A stretch of 64,000 bases of DNA from Spirochaetia bacterium (GTDB taxonomy: Bacteria > Spirochaetota > Spirochaetia > SP-2023). Positions 57,895 through 64,000 of the stretch are shown here, piece after piece (position 1 is the first letter of the stretch; every line of letters starts with the position of its first letter). Position numbers and translations under genes: made by a program. The stretch is taken from the NCBI GenBank assembly GCA_965263295.1, contig OZ253665.1, positions 736,001-800,000 of the forward strand. Direction: 5' to 3'. The notes below the pieces were generated by a model. The model ran no database searches. It saw only the letters and a program-made list of their open reading frames with translations, and was not told the DNA's origin.

Positions 57895-58065
57895 AAACAA
57901 CTCCTTGTATTTTTTGAATATGACTACTATAACACATTTGTGCCTCCTTAATAAAGAGTTCATGAAAGTTTTTTTCAAATTGAATTTTCTTATCGGATTC
58001 ACTTGAAATCTATTTTTATTTTTTTGCTATGATTGCCTTGAAGCTAGAAAATTATCGAAAGATTA

Positions 58066-58890
58066 TCAACGTGTGGTCCAGCCTCCATCGATAACAAGAT
58101 TTTGGCCCGTAATATAAGCACCTGCCCGGCTACAAAGCAAAAGCACAGCACCACTTAAATCTTCTGGCTTGCCAATGCGCCCGGCAATACTGCGTTGCGC
58201 AAGTAAATTGCGAAAGCCGGTAGATGGTCCTCCGTCTTTCGCCGTGCGCGGGAAGGCACCAGGCGAAATGGCGTTGACGGTGAGTTGCGGGTATTCGGCC
58301 CCCCAGAACGAAGCCCAATACTTGGTAAGCTGGATTAAGGCGGCTTTAGCCGCACCATAAATCGCTTGACTGCGTTGCTTGGGTTCATCGCGGTAAATTT
58401 CGGGATCTGGTGCGACAACTCCGTAAATTGAAGCAATGTTGACTATGCGGCTTTGGTCAGAGCGCTGCAAAAGTTTGCTGGCTTTATCGGTGAAATCTGC
58501 GCCGTGGCTGAGCAAACCATCCATTCTGTGGCAAAAGCTATTAGAAGAATCTTCTGGCGGTAAGAAAAAAGCATTATTGACCAGAATATCCAAGCCGCCA
58601 GCTTCGCTTTGTACTTTTGCCAAGGCTTCAGAATGGCTGACGTCATTGGCTAAATTAAAGGGCAAGAAACTTATGTCTGCCATACCCAGCTCTGGGTACT
58701 GACTGGCCAAGGCTTCTAAGAGAACAAAGGGGAAATTTTCACGGAAGCGTTCTTTATTGGGGCCTGCGCAATACACACGAGCCCCCGCTGCGGCCAAGGT
58801 CCAGCACATGACCCGCCCTAAATGGCCGTAGCCGCCAGTGACTATGGCGGTGCGACCTTTGAGGCTGAACAGTTCTTCGACGTAGGTCAT
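58066..58890 (-). CDS. SDR family oxidoreductase (PtmA/gluconate-5-DH-like)
   Basis: TGGYGHLG, LVNNA, NIASIYG, YGAAK, VNAISPG, TGQNLVIDGG. Confidence 0.88.
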   Translation of the reverse strand: MTYVEELFSLKGRTAIVTGGYGHLGRVMCWTLAAAGARVYCAGPNKERFRENFPFVLLEALASQYPELGMADISFLPFNLANDVSHSEALAKVQSEAGGLDILVNNAFFLPPEDSSNSFCHRMDGLLSHGADFTDKASKLLQRSDQSRIVNIASIYGVVAPDPEIYRDEPKQRSQAIYGAAKAALIQLTKYWASFWGAEYPQLTVNAISPGAFPRTAKDGGPSTGFRNLLAQRSIAGRIGKPEDLSGAVLLLCSRAGAYITGQNLVIDGGWTTR

Positions 58891-58899
58891 TCTGAATAT

Positions 58900-60840
<1,941 letters not shown>

Positions 60841-61133
60841 CTACCTGATCATGGAGTAGAAATTGCTAAGGGATATGAAAAAACCATTATTTCGACGCTT
60901 ACATTTTTTAGCGCAAAAATCTGGGCTATTATAGCAAGCCCGCAAGGCTTAGCATAGAGGAAAGACGCCAGAGGAAGACAAAGATACAGACAGCGTGGAC
61001 TTAGGCTTGGGGTTCGTGCTTTAGGTTTTTGCATGTGGCTTGTTTGGAGCAAAATATCTTGCCCGACTTGCCCAAAGAGCCAGCTCATATTTTCGCGCAT
61101 TTCCCCAAAGTTTTTTGAGAACTTCGGGTTGAC

Positions 61134-62030
61134 TTATTTGCCCGCAGTCAAAGAAACTCCGCTTTCCAGCTGCCTCACAAGCAGCACAAAGACGAACAGC
61201 GGTGGCAGCACAACAATGATCGCTCCGGCCATTAATACCCCCCATTCCACCTGGTCCTGTGCGACCATTAAGCGCAAAGCGACCTGAATGACCTGGGATT
61301 CGCTATCCTGAATTATCAGCCGAGGCCAAAAATATTGGTTCCAATAAAATACGAACTGAATTACCCACAGTGCGCCAATTGTATTTAGGCTAACTGGAAT
61401 CAGAATTCGAAATAAATATCGCCAGGGGCCCATACCTTCAATGACGGCAACCTCGGCAAAAGACTTGGGAATGGCACGAAAGTGCTGAATAAACAAAAAC
61501 GTACCCGTGGCTGAAGCCAAAAAAGGGATGATAATCGCCTTATAAGTATTGTCCCAGTCCAAGCCAAATGGAATGGGCTGAAACAATACGCGCAGAGGGC
61601 TGGCCAGCCAGGCCAGAAATTGCCCGGCGCTGGGTTGCCGCTGAGAGATCACATCAAAGAGGCCAATGGCAATTAAGTCTGTAGGAATATAGAGAGTCAG
61701 CAGAATTGCCCAGAACAATCCGACTTTGGCAGGGACGCGAAAGTAGACGAACGCCATGGCCGACAAGATTGAGAGTATTGTTTTGCCCAGAGTAATTGCC
61801 GTGGTGATGACCAATGTATTGGCCATAAAGGTGCCCATATGATATCCACTCCAGGCCGCCTTGAGGTTGTGCCAGAGTAGCCCTCCGGGAAGGAGGGAGG
61901 GGGTAATGGCTGCAGCCTTGTCTTGTGTCGCTTTAAACAACAAGAACAAAATAGGCAGGCCAAAGATCAGACTGGCAATGGCCAGGATAATATGCACGGC
62001 GATGGCATTGCCTCGTTTTCGGCGCGGCAT
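61134..62030 (-). CDS. ugpE: Carbohydrate ABC permease, UgpE-like
   Basis: SAMAF.YFR.P, IP.LASAT.TFL..QHF..IP, EAA-like loop, WNQY.WP. Confidence 0.8.
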   Translation of the reverse strand: MPRRKRGNAIAVHIILAIASLIFGLPILFLLFKATQDKAAAITPSLLPGGLLWHNLKAAWSGYHMGTFMANTLVITTAITLGKTILSILSAMAFVYFRVPAKVGLFWAILLTLYIPTDLIAIGLFDVISQRQPSAGQFLAWLASPLRVLFQPIPFGLDWDNTYKAIIIPFLASATGTFLFIQHFRAIPKSFAEVAVIEGMGPWRYLFRILIPVSLNTIGALWVIQFVFYWNQYFWPRLIIQDSESQVIQVALRLMVAQDQVEWGVLMAGAIIVVLPPLFVFVLLVRQLESGVSLTAGK

Positions 62031-62962
62031 TAGTTATTTTCTCCATACTGGACATGTTTATGAGCAATACGGTAATTGAATATAGCCATGACCACCACCA
62101 GAAAAAATAAAACCATGCTCTGCGCCGCTGCCGAACCAATGTTACTGCTGCCCCCAAAGCCGTCTTGGAAAATCTTGTACATCATTGTCGACGTCGTTCC
62201 TGTATTGTCAAAGAAACCAGTGCCCACCGGAGAGCCTTTGGTAAAAATATCAATAAAACCGAAGGAATCGAAAACGACAAAAGTCAGATTGGTGAAAACC
62301 AGAAAAAATGTCGTGGGAGAAAGTAAGGGAGCAGAAATGCGGCACAGTTTGGTCAAGCCATGGGCACCATCTATTTTTGCCGCTGCGTTAATTTCTGGCG
62401 ATATGTTCTGGAAAGCTGCGATGTAAAATATGACATTATAACCAAGATTCTTCCAGATTAAGGCGGCGGCAGTCAGTGTCAGAGCCAAAGCTCCGTTGCC
62501 CAACCAGTTTGGACTTATTCCCAGCAGGCTCTCTAGGAGCTCATTGACTATGCCCGCCTTGGGATTAAACATAAATGAAAAAATTACCGCCATGACAGAA
62601 GGGGAAAGCGCAAAACTCAAAAAAATAATACCTCGATATAACCTTAAGCCTCGGATCGGTAGGGTCAACATGTAGGCCAGAGCCATGCTTAGGCTAATAC
62701 CGATAACTTCGACGACAAGCACCAGGATCATTGTCTGTACAAAGACTTGGCGATAAGCTCCGGCAAAGGGCCCGACAAAGAGCTTTGTAAAGTTATCCAC
62801 GGCAGTGAAACTGCGGGTATTCAGCACGAAATTGCTGCGGTAAAAACTGGTGACAAACATCTGCCATAAAGGGTAATACAGAAAAACCAGCAGGATTAGC
62901 AAGGTGGGTAGAAGCAAGGCTAAAGCCAGGTATTTGTTGCGAAATATGGGGTAATCAAGCAT
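62030..62962 (-). CDS. ugpA: Carbohydrate ABC permease, UgpA-like
   Basis: WKNLGYN, AAKIDGA, PLLSPTTFFL, D..T.G.P, SAAAQS. Confidence 0.8.
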   Translation of the reverse strand: MLDYPIFRNKYLALALLLPTLLILLVFLYYPLWQMFVTSFYRSNFVLNTRSFTAVDNFTKLFVGPFAGAYRQVFVQTMILVLVVEVIGISLSMALAYMLTLPIRGLRLYRGIIFLSFALSPSVMAVIFSFMFNPKAGIVNELLESLLGISPNWLGNGALALTLTAAALIWKNLGYNVIFYIAAFQNISPEINAAAKIDGAHGLTKLCRISAPLLSPTTFFLVFTNLTFVVFDSFGFIDIFTKGSPVGTGFFDNTGTTSTMMYKIFQDGFGGSSNIGSAAAQSMVLFFLVVVMAIFNYRIAHKHVQYGENN

Positions 62963-62999
62963 ACAAAAGTCTTTGTATATAAAAAGATAAATGCAAAGT

Positions 63000-63028
63000 G
63001 CCCAGTGATTTTCTTGCCGTCACTGGGC
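63000..63028. other. Intercistronic hairpin after the binding-protein gene
   Basis: GCCCAGTGA-11 nt-TCACTGGGC; typical position for differential mRNA stabilisation. Confidence 0.55.
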
Positions 63029-63049
63029 CCATAAAATTCGAATGGAATC

Positions 63050-64000
63050 TTATTCGACGTTCTGGTTGTATTCCGTCAGCTTTGCGTTGGCCTTGGCCTC
63101 AGCCTCGGCCAGGGCACTGTCCACGTCGGTGCCATTTAGAACCTGTTGCACGGCTTCCTCAATGATAGTGCGGGTATCGGTAAAACTGCCCAGCATGGCT
63201 CCGGCCGTGGCATAGTTGGCTTTTGTCTCCAGAAGCTGGTCAAAGGCCTTGGTAAACAGTGGGTTGCTCTCAAACCAGCCTTGATCTTTAAGCAGCTCAA
63301 TGCTGGACTTACGTACGGGATAATATCCGGTAAGTTTGTGCCAGCTGGCCATGTTTTCGGTGTTTGTCATGAAAACCAGGAAGTCACGGGCGGCTATTTG
63401 TTCATCGTGTGGCAAGCCTTTGCCGAGCCAGACACTACCGCCACCGATGACGGTGCCGTTGCGCTCCGAATCGGCGGGAATGGGCATAAATGCCGTAGCT
63501 AGTTCAAATTTACCCTCGACAGCCTGAGCGATATTACCTGCGTCGGCAGTCGAGGTCATATGGAACATGACCTTGCCCGCAGTGAAAATGGCATCGCTGC
63601 CGCTCCAGTCTTCCAGCTTGCCAGTATACTTGTAAAATCCTTTATCATTCAGCTCCTTGACGAAGTTAAATGCACGTTTCATATCTGCAGATTCAAGCAG
63701 TAGTGTTGTAGCGCGGCCGCTGCGGCCATTGTCGCTATCGGCCAGCAAAGCTCCCTGCTGGGCTACCCATTGTTCAAAGAACCAGCCGTGCAGGTTAAAA
63801 CCAAAACCAGCAGCTTCTAAGCCTTTGGCTTGAGCGGCCTCAGCTGCCGCCAGAATGTCCTCAAAAGTCTGCGGCGGGTTTTCTGGGTCCAGACCCGCCT
63901 CGCGCATGAGGTCCTTGTTGTAGTAGAGAATCGGAGAGGAGCTATTGAAGGGAATGGAATTAACTTTACCGTCAATTGTGTAGTAATTGAGAACCGAATC
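63050..64000 (-). CDS. ugpB: ABC substrate-binding protein, UgpB-like (5' end outside window)
   Basis: Frame open to window edge: ...SIPFNSSSPILYYNKDLMREAGLDPENPP; IGGGS.W, WH..TGY.P. Confidence 0.82.
   Translation of the reverse strand, partial: DSVLNYYTIDGKVNSIPFNSSSPILYYNKDLMREAGLDPENPPQTFEDILAAAEAAQAKGLEAAGFGFNLHGWFFEQWVAQQGALLADSDNGRSGRATTLLLESADMKRAFNFVKELNDKGFYKYTGKLEDWSGSDAIFTAGKVMFHMTSTADAGNIAQAVEGKFELATAFMPIPADSERNGTVIGGGSVWLGKGLPHDEQIAARDFLVFMTNTENMASWHKLTGYYPVRKSSIELLKDQGWFESNPLFTKAFDQLLETKANYATAGAMLGSFTDTRTIIEEAVQQVLNGTDVDSALAEAEAKANAKLTEYNQNVE

Overview
Bacterial chromosomal window, most likely from a spirochaete (inferred from the GyrB PLWGKMLN motif, alpha2-type GlyRS, BMP lipoprotein and lolC-lolD-lolE preceded by an exported protein). 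1-8.8 kb: AT-rich sugar-acid catabolic island (kdgK fragment, eda, uxaA, uxaB, Zn-dehydrogenase, GntR, TRAP dctPQM) bounded by CACGAA-rich REP-like repeats. 9-17 kb: an orphan lipoprotein, a small protein that looks like a catalytically dead 2-oxoacid-dehydrogenase E2 core, and an XPB helicase / helicase-associated partner / TraB operon. Then tRNA-Arg(CCG), lipA-aceE-aceF-lpdA, bmp-hflX-pgeF-prmC, a pentapeptide-repeat gene, glyQS, a class C acid phosphatase, sstT, dhaK-dhaL-glpF-glpK, an EEP hydrolase, a VOC/YbjN-like fusion-DUF3298-recO operon, lepA, cimA-tsaD, a lol operon interrupted by a decayed ABC-ATPase + PIN-like cassette, sod, SDR, gyrB and ugpBAE (partial). No CRISPR, rRNA, transposase or integrase was seen. 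Most notable: the E2-like pseudo-enzyme, the decayed ATPase-PIN cassette, the XPB partner with a WYL-like tail, the VOC-YbjN fusion, and recurrent in-frame 12-15 bp micro-duplications including a perfect 7x15 bp VNTR in uxaB. All family assignments are from motif recognition by eye; no searches were run.
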